NCBI RefSeq assembly: GCF_044704955.1
Contig: NW_027251843.1
Coordinates: 372,001-436,000, forward strand
Direction of reading: 5' to 3'
Length of the DNA stretch: 64,000 nt
Source of the DNA: Pristiophorus japonicus
Taxonomy: Eukaryota
Numbering within the stretch: the first letter of the stretch is position 1; each line of letters begins with the position of its first letter. The notes beneath the pieces were generated by a model. It saw only the letters and a list, made by a program, of their open reading frames with translations. It did no database searches and was not told where the DNA came from. A program made the translations under genes and the position numbers. Shown in pieces: positions 63,801-64,000 of this stretch.

Positions 63801-64000
63801 AGAGAGCGTCCAGAGCATGGGACGAGAGAGCGTCCAGACCACGGGACGAGAGATCGTCCAGAGCATGGGACGAGAGAGCGTCCAGACCAGGGGAGGAGAG
63901 AGTGTCCAGACCACGGGACGAGAGCGCGTCCAGACCAGGGGAGGAGAGAGCGTCCAGACCAGGGGAGGAGAGAGGTTCCAGATCATGGGACGAGAGAGTG
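60775..64000. repeat. 24-bp minisatellite, >130 units, runs off the window end
   Basis: Unit gggacgagagagcgtccagaccat. It accounts for the long repetitive ORFs on both strands. Confidence 0.97.

Noticed and set aside
60379-63986. Long minus-strand ORFs (738, 980, 362 aa) with WTLSRP / SSHGLDAL repeats
   Set aside because: Alternative-frame readings of the 24-bp minisatellite, with no independent evidence of being genes.

Overview
Eukaryotic, repeat-dense DNA, almost certainly from a cartilaginous fish (shark). The only host coding exon I can support is an intact immunoglobulin light-chain constant exon (18070-18398, +), resembling the shark kappa/type III/NS4 class, with a splice acceptor, 3' UTR and AATAAA. 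No V, J or convincing RSS is in the window, so the upstream 18 kb is probably a TE-bloated J-C intron. That region holds nested CR1 LINEs and a full-length 9.7-kb LTR element (7417-17084). This element has 1.5-kb LTRs, an AATT TSD, a tRNA-Arg-like PBS, a coiled-coil Gag, an in-frame gag-UGA-CUA-pol junction, retrovirus-style dual RNase H and no env, so it resembles the lokiretrovirus/Odin group. Downstream of C and a 146-N gap lies an ~18-kb head-to-tail duplication (24893-43064 / 43065-60392). Each unit carries a CR1 interrupted by an internally deleted epsilon-like ERV (tRNA-Gln PBS), SINEs, three minisatellites, a probable solo LTR, two Gypsy fragments and three CTCF-like motifs. The window ends in a >3.2-kb 24-bp minisatellite that appears to have grown out of a Gypsy RT coding motif. 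All family assignments come from motif recognition by eye; no database search was run.
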